Shown piece after piece: positions 39,191 to 55,627 of a stretch of DNA of 64,000 bases. The notes beneath the pieces are model-generated. The model was not told the origin of the DNA and ran no database searches. It saw nothing but the letters and a program-made list of their open reading frames with translations. The stretch comes from Octopus vulgaris (Eukaryota), in contig OX597825.1 in assembly GCA_951406725.2 (NCBI GenBank), positions 34,100,001 to 34,164,000 on the forward strand, written 5' to 3'. Both the position numbers and the translations under genes were made by a program. Each line of letters begins with the position of its first letter. Within the stretch, counting starts at the first letter, position 1.

Positions 39191-40435
39191 ATAAAATAGG
39201 ATCCATTTTTTAATTGTTATGCCAAAAGTTGCTTGTTATGTTTATTTTCACACCAAATAATAAAAATTAATGACTTGGTGCAGGAGTGGCTGTGTGGTAA
39301 TTAGCTTGCTTACCAACCACACAGTTCTGGGTTCATTCTCACTGCATGGCACCTTGGGCAAGTGTCTTTCACTATAGCCTTGGGACAACCAAGGCCTTGT
39401 AAGTGGATTTGGTAGACGGAAACTGAAAGGAGCCCATCGTATATATGTATATATATATGTATGTATATATACATGTGTGTGTATATGCTTGTGTGTCTGT
39501 GTCTGTCTCCTCCGCCCCCAACATTGCTTGATAAAGTTTGGCAAAAGAGCCCCGATAGAATAAGTACTAGGCTTACAAAGAATAAGTCCTGGTGTTGATT
39601 TGCTTGACTAAAGGTGGTGCTCCAGTATGGCCACAGTCAAATGATTGAAACAAGTAAAAGAGTAAAGAGTAAAAGGAGAGATAATTAATATAATCTTAGC
39701 CTGAAATTGGAGGGGAAGGGGTAGACAATTACATCGACCCCAGTGCGCAACTGCTACATAATTTATCGCCCCTGAAAGGCAAAGTCAGAAAGGCAGAATT
39801 TGAACTCAGGACGTAGTGGCAGGTGAAATACCTCTATGCATTTTGACCAGTATACTAATGATTCTGCCAGTTCATCACCTTAATTAATAATTAAAATAAT
39901 AAATACAACTGTTCAGCATCAAATATTGAACTGTGAATTATATTAAGGAAAATTAATCGAAGATATTAAAATTTAATAATTTAATGGAATTGAGCCTTAA
40001 AAATATTATTTCCAAACTTATTGTATGAAAAAATATCTCTTATTCTTATTTTTCCTTAATATAACGTATTACAAAAGAAAGACAAATAAAAGAATAAAAT
40101 CAGGATAAAAAAAAGATAAAAGGAATAGAGAAAGAAAGAAAAAGAAGGAAGAGAGACAAAAGAAACATCAATGCAGTACAAAGTGCTACATTTGGTCTCA
40201 CACCACAAATTTCAAAGGAAACTACAGTTTGCCAAACCAATGTTTTATATAAACTATTATAACAGTTATGATTATAAATACTTGTTTATTTATAGGAGTG
40301 TATATATAATTGTGTGGCGGGGGCTGGTATTTGTTTAATTATTTCAGTGAAAACATATTTCAAATATTCTATTAGGTTTTTGAAGTGTTGACATTGAGGT
40401 TTGTTTTTAAGTATCTTTTTTCTGTAGATATAATT

Positions 40436-40888
40436 AGATTGAATTTTTAGAAGAAAACACTTTCAATTAATTTATATTAATCACTTATGGCAAGATTCCA
40501 TATCAATATACATGCCATTTTTACCAGAGCACAAATAATTTTCAGCTGATAAAATTACATAATATACTTCATTCTCAGTGAAACATAAATCACTGTGAAC
40601 AGTATCTGAGCCATTTTCATATATATCATTTACATTTGAATATATATCCTTTTTAGCCATATACATATATTCTTCAACATTATCATCAACCATACATAAA
40701 CCTTTTGCAATTGAATATACATCAGTGGAATGCAATTCCCTTTCCATCATGCAAGGATTATTTCTAATTGAATGTGCATTATTAGGGGGCAATATCTCTG
40801 CTGCTTGCTGTTTCAAGGTTTTATTTGGTTGTGATTCTATCTCCTCTGGTAAACAGGTCCTTGTGGTACTCTTCTCGGTCATTTCTTC
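40436..40888 (-). repeat. Second (downstream) copy of the cytoplasmic-tail exon sequence, ~453-bp tandem duplication with open frame 40882-40481
   Basis: agattgaatttttagaagaaaacactttc occurs at 40436 and 40889; 133-aa ORF paralogous to 40938-41339. Confidence 0.85.
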
Positions 40889-40937
40889 AGATTGAATTTT
40901 TAGAAGAAAACACTTTCAATTAATTTATATTAATCAC

Positions 40938-41367
40938 TTATGGCAAGACATCAATATACATGCCATTTTTACCAGAGCATAAAGAATTTTCAGCTGAATT
41001 TACATAATATCCTTCATTCTCAGTGAAACATAAATCACTGTGAAATGTACGTGAGCCATTTTCATATTTATCATTTACATTTGAATATATATCCTTTTTA
41101 GCCATATATTCTTCAACATTATCATCAACCATACATGATTCTTTTGTGACAGAATAATATGCATCAAAGGATTGCAATTCATTTTCCATCATGCAAGGAT
41201 CATTTCTAATTGAATGTGCATTATTTGGGGGCAATATCTCTGCTGCTTGCTGTTTCAAAGTATTATTTAGTTGTGGTTCTATCTCCTCTGGTAAACAGGT
41301 CCTTGAGGTACTCTTCTTGGTCATTTCTTCAGATATCAAATTTGATTTGGATTTCTTGTACCTGTGT
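40938..41367 (-). CDS. Terminal coding exon: tyrosine-rich cytoplasmic tail of a single-pass membrane protein
   Basis: Acceptor tgctaacattttcttag| with ctaac branch site; phase 2 joins TM exon (AG|A=Arg): HRYKKSKSNLISEEMTKK...DIYSNV..KYENG..GYYVNS..GMYIDVLP*. Confidence 0.85.
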
Positions 41368-41879
41368 CTAAGAAAATGTTAGCATATTTAATCAGACAAC
41401 ATTAAGTAGATTTTAGAATTAAATTTTGTTAATAATCACAAAAAAAAATAATAATACTTCTTACTAATCTTGTTTTATAATGATAATGATGGTTTCAAAA
41501 TTAGGAACAAGGCCAGTAATTTGGGGTTGGTGGTGAGTCAATTGGTACATATTATATTAACCCCAGAAGAATGAAGCACTAATTTTACTTCAGTGGTATT
41601 TGAACTTAGCATGTAAAGATCCAGAAGAAATGCTGCTAAATATTGTATTTAACATGACAACAACTATCAGTTTGATTCATCCTAATAATAATAATAATAA
41701 TCTTTTTTATAGGCTCATGGTCTGAAATTTGGGAGGAGAGGGTTAGTCAGTTGCAGTGACTCCAATACTCAGCTGGATGAAAGGATGAAGGGTGAAGTTA
41801 GCCTTGATGGTATTTGAACGCAGAACATAAAACCAGAAGAAATACATGGTAACACTTCTGCTAACTTAACACCTTATCA

Positions 41880-42420
41880 CAGCCTATAACAAAAAAAGAT
41901 GTGGTATGAACAAACCCTTGAAGGAATCACCAAGATGAAAAGTGCAAAATCTTGTGGGATGCAATGATTCAGTGCAATCACCTGACCAGACATTGGAAAC
42001 TGAACATTGTTGTGGTGGAATAAAGAAGGAAGACCATGCATGATAATCAACATAGCATGACCCGGTGACAACAGGATCAAAGAGAAAGAAGAGAAACTGA
42101 ACGACTATGACAATTTGAAGTGGGAAATACTAAGGTTGTGGTCATTGAGGAGAGTAGATGTGGTACCAATAGTAACTGATGCACTTGGAAGTATCAGCAC
42201 TCAACTACCAACTCAGATCAAAAGGATTGATACAAATGTAAAAGTAGAAGAACCTAAAAAAATCATCATTGCTTGAAACTGCAAGAATTCTTTGCAATGT
42301 CCTTGAAGCATGACCAAGTGTCACCTTAGTCTGCTGGCTGTGGACAGCTGACCCTTTCCATCATACCCAGCAAAATAATCTGTGTGTTTTCATCAGATAA
42401 TAATGATAATAATAATAATG
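41880..42420 (+). mobile_element. 3' end of an R4/Dong-like RLE non-LTR retrotransposon with (TAA)n tail
   Basis: KILWDAMIQ..PDI, PGDNRIKEKE, YDNLKWEI.RLW, VDVVPIV..ALG fragments; TAA repeat at 42398-42420. Confidence 0.75.
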
Positions 42421-42434
42421 ATATTAATGATCTT

Positions 42435-43200
42435 GTATTTATTGGCCACAAGATCTGAACACAAAACATACAGGGATGGTGCAATGCAAGGGGAGTTTAG
42501 CACAACAATTTGTACATACAATTAAACAATAACAAATACCAACAACAAATAAACAATAAAATTCTCCACATAATGGTACTTCATCATAAGGACAACCAAG
42601 GAGCTCCACACATCTTCCTCACCCTGACTTCCAAAGGCACCTCAAGCAAGCACCTCTCATCTTCTCAACCCTCCTGGCTTACAAGTGTATGTTCAGAGTA
42701 GGCCCGTTCACATGGATCATCCTCACTACATTCACCCACCTTTCAACAACAATACTAGGAGGCAGCACTTCCCTTACCACCCTCATTTTCCTTTTCAAGT
42801 GGAACTTGAGAAAGTAAATGAGGGCTCAGCTGAAGAGAAAGTACCTGTCTTCAATCCTTTCAACCATGCCCACCACACTTCCTCTTTCGCCATAGCCATC
42901 AGACAGAGGAAAACTGCCATGGCATTCCCAGTTCTCCACTCAGCACCTGTTGACAGCAGATGGACCGACTGAGGAGTGGGACATGTCCCTTCTACAGGAA
43001 GTGGGAAGAGCAAGTGCTCCAGCTGATCAACCAGAAAACAGGGCAAAGGACAACAGTCAGATAGTAGTAGATGACAGTAGTGATGACAGCTTTCTCTCTG
43101 CTTATTTCTGGGGGAGACTGGCTACCCAGTTTGTCACCCACTCCAAGCTCTTGTCCAACAGGAGGTCCAGACTAAACAAGACCCAAAGCAATTTAACCAG
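42435..43200 (-). mobile_element. Probable 3' remnant of an L1/Tx1-like LINE
   Basis: VFLCLMAMAKEEVWWAWLKGL and FHLKRKMRV..E resemble Tx1-type ORF2 C-termini; AATAAA-ended tail. Confidence 0.45.
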
Positions 43201-43249
43201 TCCTTCTACCTAGTGTTCTACAAGTAAGATGTAGTCTTATATTACATAC

Positions 43250-43316
43250 CTGGTAACTATGATGCATAACATACAAAGCAGGACTATTGTTGGTATAAGA
43301 ACACTGCAAAGAATTA
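43250..43316 (-). CDS. Transmembrane-domain exon (67 nt, phase 1-2)
   Basis: ttctcttaacatttcag|TA ATT CTT TGC...GTT ACC AG|gtatgt = (V)ILCSVLIPTIVLLCMLCIIVT(R). Confidence 0.88.
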
Positions 43317-44146
43317 CTGAAATGTTAAGAGAAAAATGGAAAGCATTAAAAAAGAGAATTTGCTTGTTTGATCTTTGCTTCTTTAATGGTCAAATATTTC
43401 AACAATTTGTAGCTTTTCTGTTACCTTTAATATTATTTGAATTCATTCAAACACCATGAATCATTTTAATCACCTTTCATACTGTATTTAGGAGGAGAGC
43501 CATCTCAAATATTCTTTCTCTGAAGTCATTGTTCTGATGAACATCAACCCAATTTGCTGCTTTCTCACTCCTCACACATCATCTGGACTGATTCAGGAGG
43601 CTGAGGTATTCTGTCTTTCTGAACAGTAGACACTGAATCCACACCTCCATCCAATATGAAAGTAACTGAATTTACCACCAATCCACACTGTAGGATCCTA
43701 ACAACTAATTATCAGGGAACAAAAGAGACAAATCAAGGAATCAGCATGTAATTGCAACCAAATGTTCCTCGAATCACACTGTATCATCTTAAGAAGGTAA
43801 GAAACACTGCAAAAGCATGGAGTTAACCAGGAAAAAAAACAACTACCATCTAATCAATCTAAAACAGTTACAATAAGGACAGCTGTTATTTCACAAGACA
43901 TTACTGTTTGTTAAAAAAATTGCTTCAAATCCATGTAATTCCAGGTTTAATCCCCCTCTGCAAAATCTTGGGTTGGTGAATAAATTACTTTTCCAACAGT
44001 TTTGTGTTGACCAATATCTTGTGAATGGTAGACAAAAATTGCGATGAATTCTGTTGTGCATGCTATTTGTTGGTTTGTATGTCTGAATGTTTATATGTAC
44101 ATATGTAGGTAGATATGTACAAATATATATATATATATATATACAT

Positions 44147-44711
44147 ATAGCAAATAAGAAAATGGAGGAGAACAATAGTTGGTTCATCAAATTTAGGACA
44201 TTAAAAATGTTAACCTATTTATTTATTAATTATAACAACATACATACACATATTCTATGCATATAAGATAAGGATACAAGTAATTATTTAAAAATATGAC
44301 TATAAATTAGTAAAATATGTTACAGCTGTTTCAGCCCATAGATAAAAGTATCTCATTCTGCCTATATTAGCCAAGTGTATTGAGGTAATGGGCAGATGAA
44401 AATGAGGTACTTATATATATATATATCTAGGCTACCTCATTTTCATCTGCCTATTACCTGAATACACTTGACTAATATAGGCAGAATGAGATACTTTTAT
44501 CTATGGGCTGAAACAACTGTAAGTTATTTACTTATTTATATTCATGGTTTTTAATCATTACTTGTATCTTTATCTTATATGCATAGAATAATATACTATA
44601 TGTATATATGTTATTATAATTATCAGTTTAATAAATAAATAAGTTAACATTTTTAATGTCCTAAAGTTGATGAACCAACTATTGTTCTCCTCTCTTTTCT
44701 TATTTGCAATA
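44147..44711. repeat. ~270-bp-arm fold-back inverted repeat of the hammerhead-bearing element family of 34513-35719
   Basis: 44147-44410 is a diverged reverse complement of 44432-44711; both arms carry the GAAACA(G/A)CTGTA half-site; the family terminus follows at 44838-44888. Confidence 0.85.
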
Positions 44712-44884
44712 TAAATTAATGGTAAAATATCTCTTTATCTTCACCCATTTAATATACTAGGTAATGTTATTGCATTGCAATAAAAAACACTTGTGTATTA
44801 ATAATTGGGTATTCTACCAACAGTATATTTGATAGATATTATCCCTTAGAGGGATGGATTCACAACCCCTAACTTTCTTGGAGT

Positions 44885-44936
<52 letters not shown>

Positions 44937-44982
44937 TGTGTGTATGTGTGTGGGGGGTGTATAAATTACATGCACATACACG

Positions 44983-45013
<31 letters not shown>

Positions 45014-45639
45014 ATGCCATCATCAACATCTTATGTCTGTTTTCCATGTTGAGATGGCCTGAATGGTTTGACAGAATCCAAGAGATTAAAGGATGATGTC
45101 TTGCTCAGATATCTCAGGTTCAGCATGGTTTTTACAGCTGGATAATCTTACTAATTCCAACCACTTTACAAAGTGTACTGGATGTAGGTTTTCTGACATC
45201 GACACTAGAGAGGTTGTCATGCTTTTGTGTCATCTCAGCCATGCGCTGGCTGAAAGGGAGAATAAGAGGAAAAAGGATGACTCTAGGTGAGGTGTTGAGG
45301 GAATAGTTAAAATAGGGTGGAAAGAACACTTTTATTGTTGTGAGACAGCAATTGTCAAGAGGAAACAATATTGGATTGGTGTAATGGAAATGACATGAGG
45401 AGATGGAAGAGAAAGATTAATGTCACTGGTTAGTCATAGCAGGAGAGAGAGAAGGAGAGAGTTGGAGAGAGAAAGAGAGAGAGCGAGAGAGAGAGAAGAT
45501 GGATGATGGGATAGGTTAAATAGAAGGGAAACCAGTACTGTGGTGACTCATCACATTAAGCTCTAGAGGAATGGCTAATTACTCTAAAGCATTAACTAAC
45601 TAACTACAATTAGGAGAGAATTCTGTACCAACATCAACA

Positions 45640-46560
45640 ACAGAATGTATGCAATTAACCTGGAAACTTTCGCTATAGCTGTAGGCAAACTGTATAATGG
45701 GAAGGTACCTGGAAGAGATCTAATAATTGGATATTGGTACAAGTGGCTGACATTTTACAGAAAGCCATTTATATGTATATTCAAAAGTCTATAGAAGGTC
45801 AGATTAACATATCAAATTGGCTTGCTTTAGCATGGATGAATATTGTGGCCAAGAACAAAACTACTGATTTGGCAACAAAATATCATTCCATTGCTTCCTT
45901 AAACATTATATACAAACACACTATCAGAACTCCAAATATAACCTCCTGTGTTACCCTACTAACAAGAGAACATTCCAATACACAAGATATCTTTAAGGAA
46001 TAGTATGAAATTCATTTGGAGAGTGAAGCATTCAAGAAAAAGAACTCAGATGAAAAAGAGCTGGAATAATTTATTAAATCAAAGAAAAGAAGCATACGGG
46101 AAAGCAATTAGAAACGAAAATTTAACAGACACATACGCACAATAGATAAACCAAGAACCAGTGATTTTTCCACGAAAATTTCGTCCCAAGAAAATTACAT
46201 CAGAACCAAATGAAGAAACAAAAGCCAGAATAAATCTTGCACACCAAAGACTCAAAGCATACATTAACATTCTAGAGCTTTGCACGCGTTGCTTTAAAGT
46301 GAAAATTGGGATATGTGACACCTTAATGCAAAAAGAAATCTCTGAACAAAGCAACGGAAAATTACTTGAAAAACTACAATGACATAGAGATACAAAAAGC
46401 CAAATCAAATAAAATACTTGAGTCGAAAACTCGATGGCTGCAAAACTGTGAATAGAGATTCATGAAGAGACAAACCTTTTTTCATAATAACAAGAACAAA
46501 AAGAAACATAACCCCATCCATACCAGTTTCCCCCTACAGAGAGGTACAGAGATGTAAGAT
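45640..46560 (+). mobile_element. Decayed coding remnant, possibly the N-terminal region of a Penelope-like ORF
   Basis: Broken frames incl. FPRKFRPKKI..EPNEETKARINLAHQRL; the family call is a weak recollection only. Confidence 0.25.
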
Positions 46561-48398
46561 GAAAATGTAAATCCCTTCATTCATGAGTCTCTCTGCTAAA
46601 ATGATGGACAAGAAACAAAAATGTAATTTGAAAAAAAAATATTTTTAAATAATGAAACAAAAAGCAGTGCAGGGAAAAGTTTAAAGTCTGATAAATTCAC
46701 AGAAAAAAAGAAACTCACAGTTATTGTGATTATTTAAAAGACATTTTGGAAGAAAAGATAATATTCAGCAATGAAACCTACTGCAGTGCTCTGCAAGTGG
46801 TATGCTGCTGCATGCTGGTGTGCCACAAGATGATGTTAGGTGTGCCGCAGTGTAACCTGAATATAATCAGTTTCCTTATAATTTTAGTTCTAGTCCTTGT
46901 TCAGGTGTGCCACCGAATTTTGAAAAGAATGTAAGTATACCACAAGCGTAAAAAAGCTTGAGGTCTACAACAGGCGAATTCCTAGCTAAAAAGTATTAGT
47001 GGCACAAAATGTTTGGAAATTCCTCGCTGAAGAAAATTCCCTGGCGATATATGATAAATAAGGCAGTATTGTTTAGTTTGAAATCACTGCTCAATGTTTA
47101 TTGTTTTGTTTCTGAAGTGAATTTAAAGCACAAGTGTGAACAAGACTTTTGCTAGAAACAACAGTTCAATTTAACATTGTCACAAGTATGAAAAGCAGTG
47201 TTAAAGCTCTAACAATGAAGATTATAATATTATACTGCTCGTTCCTGTCTTTTTTTTTCTGTGTGTTACACTTTGGTCATCAAGGGAAGTAATAAGACAA
47301 ATGTAGAAATAAACGTACCAAAAGAGAAGAAGGGGAGAAAGGGAAACAAAGAAACGGGAATAGTAGGATCAGTGAAAAAAGAAAATAAGGAAAATATAAT
47401 ATCAGAAGAAGATTGAGCTAAACGAGTCCTATCTTGTGGATCTGTGTCTATCTGGGTAGCAAGCATGATGGTAGAATATGAGAGATAATTGGTGTTGCAT
47501 AAATGTCCAGATTTTAAGTTGGTAGAACTAATTTACAGAAAAGGTTTTGCGAGTAAATTTTTAAACTAGCAAAAGTTCAGTTTGGATGAACCAAATGTAG
47601 TGTGATTCAAGACAGTATATTATTATATAAATTTGGTTATAAAGACCAATCCATCAATGTAAAAATTAAATCAAAGAAAAGTTCATTTGGGAAATACATT
47701 TCAAAAGGATTAAAGAATAGTGTATATAGCTTGTTATGAGGACTGCAACTAAAATAAAGCAAAAGTAGGTGTAACTTTTTAAGTAACTGACATAGGTCAT
47801 TCACATTGTATATGTTGGTACTATAACACTTCCATAGTAATGCTTCTTCCTTGTATTATTCCTCTTCATTAAGGCAGCAAACTGGAAGGATTGTTAGCTG
47901 GATGGACAAAATACTCAGCAGCATTTTGTCCATCTTATGTTCTGAGTTTAAATGCTGCATGAGTTGACTGTCTTTTTTGGTCAATGAAATGAGTACCAGC
48001 TGTGCAGTGGGATTAATCTAACTGACTAGCCCCTCCCCCAAAATTTCAGGCATTGTTTCTATAATAGAAAGGATTCTTCTTCTTCATTGTAAACAAATAA
48101 TGGGTTTCAAGGAGAAATAGTGTACTGTTACTGAGTTCTTGACAAAGTGGGGCTGCAGGTTGAGAAGGCTACAGGTTGTTGACAGAGATGACACAATTCA
48201 TATATCTGTCCATATGACACAATTCACAGAGGGATCACTGAAAATAAAAATGGGGAAAAATATGATAGAAGAAAATTGAGCTAAACAAGTCCTATCCTGT
48301 GTATGGACAGTTGGATGAATATGAACAATGTTGATAGATGGATGAAGTTTATAGAAGGGGGAACAAGCATTCCATATACACTTTAAAAAAATACATAC

Positions 48399-48506
48399 CA
48401 AGAACTGATGTATTTTCCTCTGAACCTGTTTGATCATCTGTTGTAGTAATTATGTTAGAGGTGCTGCCATATGGAATATATGGAATAGTTCGTTCCTTAA
48501 CAATAT
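48399..48506 (-). CDS. Juxtamembrane stalk exon (108 nt, phase 1-1)
   Basis: ttttttaatgcccag|AT ATT GTT...GTT CTT G|gtatgt = (D)IVKERTIPYIPYGSTSNIITTTDDQTGSEENTSVL(V); Ser/Thr-rich, NTS sequon. Confidence 0.85.
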
Positions 48507-48611
48507 CTGGGCATTAAAAAAATGTCAAGCGGATAAATCTTTCACCTTTTACTAAATGTATATATACATATATATGTAAACACACATATATACATACATA
48601 TATACATATAC

Positions 48612-48653
<42 letters not shown>

Positions 48654-48656
<3 letters not shown>

Positions 48657-48937
48657 AATGAGAGAGATGATCACTATGTGGACAACCCTTATTCTAGAAA
48701 TAGATCCACTGTGATCTTACCACTAAGAAATGTTCCCAAGAAAAATGTAAGTAAGCAAGACAAATGAAAAGTAACAAAATATAAATTATCTATATTTTGT
48801 TACTTTACATTTGTCTTGCTCGCTTACATTCTGGTGTTTGCTAAATTTTTCTTGAGAACATTTCTTAGTGGTAAGACCACAGCGGATCTACTTCTAGCAT
48901 AAGGGTTGTCCACATAGTGGTCATCCCTTTCATTTGT
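48654..48937. repeat. Fold-back inverted repeat adjacent to (TA)n
   Basis: cactatgtggacaacccttat..gtaacaaaatata mirrored by tatattttgttac..ataagggttgtccacatagtg; centre ~48787. Confidence 0.85.
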
Positions 48938-49301
48938 ATATAATACAGTTTACTGAACCTTCAGATTTTTAATATGCTAGACCACTGGTGTTAAATTGAT
49001 GTTAGTTTAATTAAATCAATATCCAATTTCTCACCCTCATTCTAAATTGATATATATACATTTCCTTTTATTCTTTTACTTGTTTCAGTCATTTGACTGC
49101 AGTCATACTGGAGCACCACCTTTAGTTGAGCAAATCGATCCCAGGACTAATTCTTTGTTAGCCTGGTACTTATTCTATCGGTCTCTTTAGCTGACCCACT
49201 AAGGTACGGGCATGTAAACACACCAGCATCAGTTGTCAAGCAATGTTGGAGGGACAAACATACACATACACACGCACACACATACACATATATATATATA
49301 T

Positions 49302-49333
<32 letters not shown>

Positions 49334-49721
49334 ATGTGAAATTCTTTAAGTGAATAGATGCACACACTTGGGTGTATGCATTGACAGGTCAACCAACACA
49401 CCGACTCATCCCCATGCCCACCGGGAACTCCTTCAACACAAAAAATCTTGTTGCTTTGTTAGTAACTGGCTCACCACCATTTCTCTCTTTCTCTCTCTCT
49501 CTTGTTCAATCTCATCACCCTCTAACTGGGGAAACTCTGTCTCCTCGGCAGCAAGACCCCTGTTTCTATCCCCCCATCATACTCCAACCTCTCATCGCCT
49601 GGCACAAAGCCACCACCATCAATACCACACCCCTCAAACGATCTTTGTCTTACAAGACACTTGGCAACCTCATTAATGCTGGTACATTTAAAAGGAACTT
49701 AAAACTAAATAAATCATATAT

Positions 49722-50595
49722 ACCTTGTCTGATCAATAAGTATCCAGGCTGTTGCCATAGTAGCAAACTGAGGTACACAGAATGAGGCCACTTGGCACAG
49801 ATTAACCTAGAACGCTGTTGTGCATGCATATTAAGTTTTAACATTCTGGCTCCTTTTTTACAGTATTGTTTGGAAAGAAGGGGTTTGGTGTGTGGTCATC
49901 ACAATAACCACAAATTTAAACAGATAATCTGCATTAAATTTTGCCAAAAGCTTAGTAATACCTGCTCAGAGACCTATGCAAAGTTTTCAAAAAGTTTTCA
50001 TCATTCTCGATGCAATCAGGATTTTGTGCAACTGAGAACCAAGTGTGTTTCTGGTCAGCTGAAAGCAGCTTTGGCACAAACTTGGCAGACACGTGTCTCA
50101 TGACCAAAACTTCAGTGATAACAGACTGAACCGAACCGTAACTAATCTGCACATCCACTGATAACTCATGGATGGTGATTCAACAATTTCCCCACACTGC
50201 TGCACGCACATCTGCCATGTTTTTCTCAGTTCTGCTGGTTGCAGGCCACCCAGAATGGTAATCAATATCGACATTTTTTTTACCATCTTGGAAACGTCTG
50301 AACTACTTGTACACTTGTGCACAGCTCATACACTCCTCTTCATAACTTTCTGCAACTTTGCATGAGCCTCAGAGCAGGTATCGCCATGACAACTTTCTCT
50401 GTCATAGTCAAGGCAATGGTTGCACTCTACACACCTTCCTTCCAAGCAGTGCTGGAAACAGTAGAAGTGAGCTAGAACGTTGGAGCTTTGTGCACTTGCC
50501 CAGCAGAATTCGGAGGTGATCTTTACCAGGTGATTTCCCTCATCATGCTCTGGCTTTGATACTATTGCAGCAGTCTGGATACTTATTGATCAGAC

Positions 50596-50601
<6 letters not shown>
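49722..50601. mobile_element. Non-autonomous mariner with two inverted 5' ends
   Basis: TIRs tctgatcaataagtatccag / ctggatacttattgatcaga; minus-strand HVSAKFVPKLLS; ICIKFCQKL start on plus strand. Confidence 0.8.
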
Positions 50602-50637
<36 letters not shown>

Positions 50638-50715
50638 CCTATTACTATTGTCAGCTTTTCTTAATGCTAAGCTCTTTATTACCTACTCTATTTCTCTCTC
50701 TCTACCGTGATGGGG

Positions 50716-50749
<34 letters not shown>

Positions 50750-50879
50750 GACGCAGGAGTGGCTGTGCGATGAGAAGCTTGCTTCCCAGCCACATGGTTC
50801 TGAGTTCAGTCTCACTGCATGGCACAATCACCACTGCTTGACAATTGATGTTGATGTGTTTCCGTCTCCATAAATTTGT

Positions 50880-52110
50880 TTCCTACTGAACAAGTTATGT
50901 GAACTCTTCTCCTCAATCTGAGCACCAGGATCAGTCCCACAGGACAATGGCAACAAATGTGAATGTGACAACCATAGAGGTATCTCCCGTTTGTGTGTTG
51001 CCAGGAAGCTCCTTTCAAGGGTTTATCTTAAACAGACTAAATGATGCCCTTGCCAGCTTGGTGTTCCCTGAATCTCTGTAGATTTCAGGCTGGTAGAGGC
51101 ACAGTGGATATGATTTTTAGCCTAAGGCAGCAGCAGGAAAAGGCTTGTGAGCACAACGGAAATCTTTTTGTAATTTTTGCAGATCTAACTAAAGCTTTCA
51201 TTTCGGCACCATATCTAGAGATGCTCTTTGGATTGTCCTTAAAAAGCTGGGTGTTTCAGAAAAGATGCTCAATGTCATCATTTCTTTACATCAAGGGATG
51301 ATGGCTTCTCTCAGATCTAGCATGAAACCATTTGATTCATTCACACTTTCAAATGGGACAAAACGTGGCTGTGTTCTTGCACCACTCTTATTTGTTTTCT
51401 ATTTCTCCACCATATTGGAAACAACATTCAAGGGTATTAAAGAAGGAGTAAAGTTTGAGCACAGAACTGGTTGTGGTTTGTTCAACCAACAGCATTTCAA
51501 AGCAAAAAGTAAGACTTTTGTGCAAACAGTTCAAGATTTACTCTTCACAGCTGACTGTGCACTTGTAGCACACATTCTTGAGGACATGCTATGGATTCTA
51601 AACAGCTTCTCACTGACCATCAGTATCAAAAAAACTGAGGTTGTCCATCAACCCATTTGTGACCATCTTCCTGAAGTTACCCTACTGTATATGTTGATGG
51701 GAAAGCATTAAAAACTGTCACCTCCTTCACCAACATAGGTGAAGGAAAGAAATCTTGTGCAACTGAAACCTGAGTGTCTTATTGGTCAGCTGAGACAATT
51801 TGGGCACAAACTTGGCAGATACGTGTCTCATACCCAATTCTTCAGTTATAATGGACTGGTGATTGGGAGCAAATTTGTGCAAACATGTAGGGATCCTGGC
51901 AAAATGCTGCTCTTCTAAATGGAAACCTTAACTGTCATAATAATTTTATAGCTCAAAGCAAAGCAGGTCTAGCCATCCACTCAAGAAAACACAGTGTGAT
52001 TGATCCATATACACTGAAGCAAACTGAGTCCTCAACTTGTTCCATTCACCAATAGGTTTGCAAAGCACTAGCAGGCCTCAAGAGACACATTCATGTCTAT
52101 AGAACATGAT
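50880..52110 (+). mobile_element. Decayed RTE/BovB-like LINE fragment (with mariner fragment at ~51745-51860)
   Basis: GRGTVDMIFSLRQ, FADLTKAF, GTKRGCVLAP, LLFTADCAL. Confidence 0.8.
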
Positions 52111-52168
52111 TAATGCTTTATTTTACTGAACCCTCATTTGTAGTTTACATACAAGAGAATCCATCATA

Positions 52169-54888
<2,720 letters not shown>

Positions 54889-55125
54889 TGTATGTATGTA
54901 TCAGTATAAACCTTAAAAAGCCAAGAGGTATAAGGGGCGAATACATTTATTTAACCACTTGACATCTATAGGATTACAGCTGTTTTGAAACATTCTTTAT
55001 GTAGTAATAATTTCAGTGTGCAATAAATTATGTTCACATGATTATATCCATATGCATGATGTGTATTATACAATACGATTGTATATTCACAAATCATTAA
55101 ATTGTTGGTATTACTTCGATATTCT

Positions 55126-55278
55126 GGTGATCTGATGATTAGCTTACTTTACTTGCATTCATTTGTGAAGAGGAATTGTATAATGCATAGCATGCATATT
55201 AATGAAGACATGTAAACATGACATGCTGCACACTGAAATTCTTTCTACATGAAGTAGGCTGTGAAACAACTGTAACCC
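55126..55278 (+). ncRNA. Degenerate type I hammerhead-like motif with long helix II
   Basis: CTGATGA (55132-55138), helix tagcttacttt/gaagtaggctg, GAAA-CAACTG-TA (55263-55274); inverted partial copy of the 3' half at 54959-54990. Confidence 0.5.
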
Positions 55279-55627
55279 TACGGATGTTAAACGTTAAATA
55301 AATATATTCAATTCTGATATTGCCTGATGTTTTGTGGCTTATATACTACTAATTGAAATAATTTCATTGATTGGATTTTATGTATTTCAACTACATGAGC
55401 ACTTTGCAGTACACTATTCTGTATTGGATTATTATGTGGTCTGCTAGCTGAGTCTGGTAGAGGAGCTTTCTGTGACAGCCACACAATTCACTGAATCTAT
55501 ATCTTGTACTACGTTTTTATACTGATACACACACACACACACATACAACACAAACACACACACACACACACACACACGTATGTATATATACATATGTATG
55601 TATGTGTATATGTATGAATATATATGT

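Noticed and set aside
40880-40940. Read-through fusing the two tail copies into one long cytoplasmic domain
   Set aside because: All three frames contain stops in the spacer, and the nearby AGs are not in phase with the TM exon
47365-48305. Two ~80-bp similar segments (47365-47445, 48230-48305) resembling a cytochrome b C-terminus on the minus strand
   Set aside because: Similarity limited to generic hydrophobic residues; treated as a small intronic duplication
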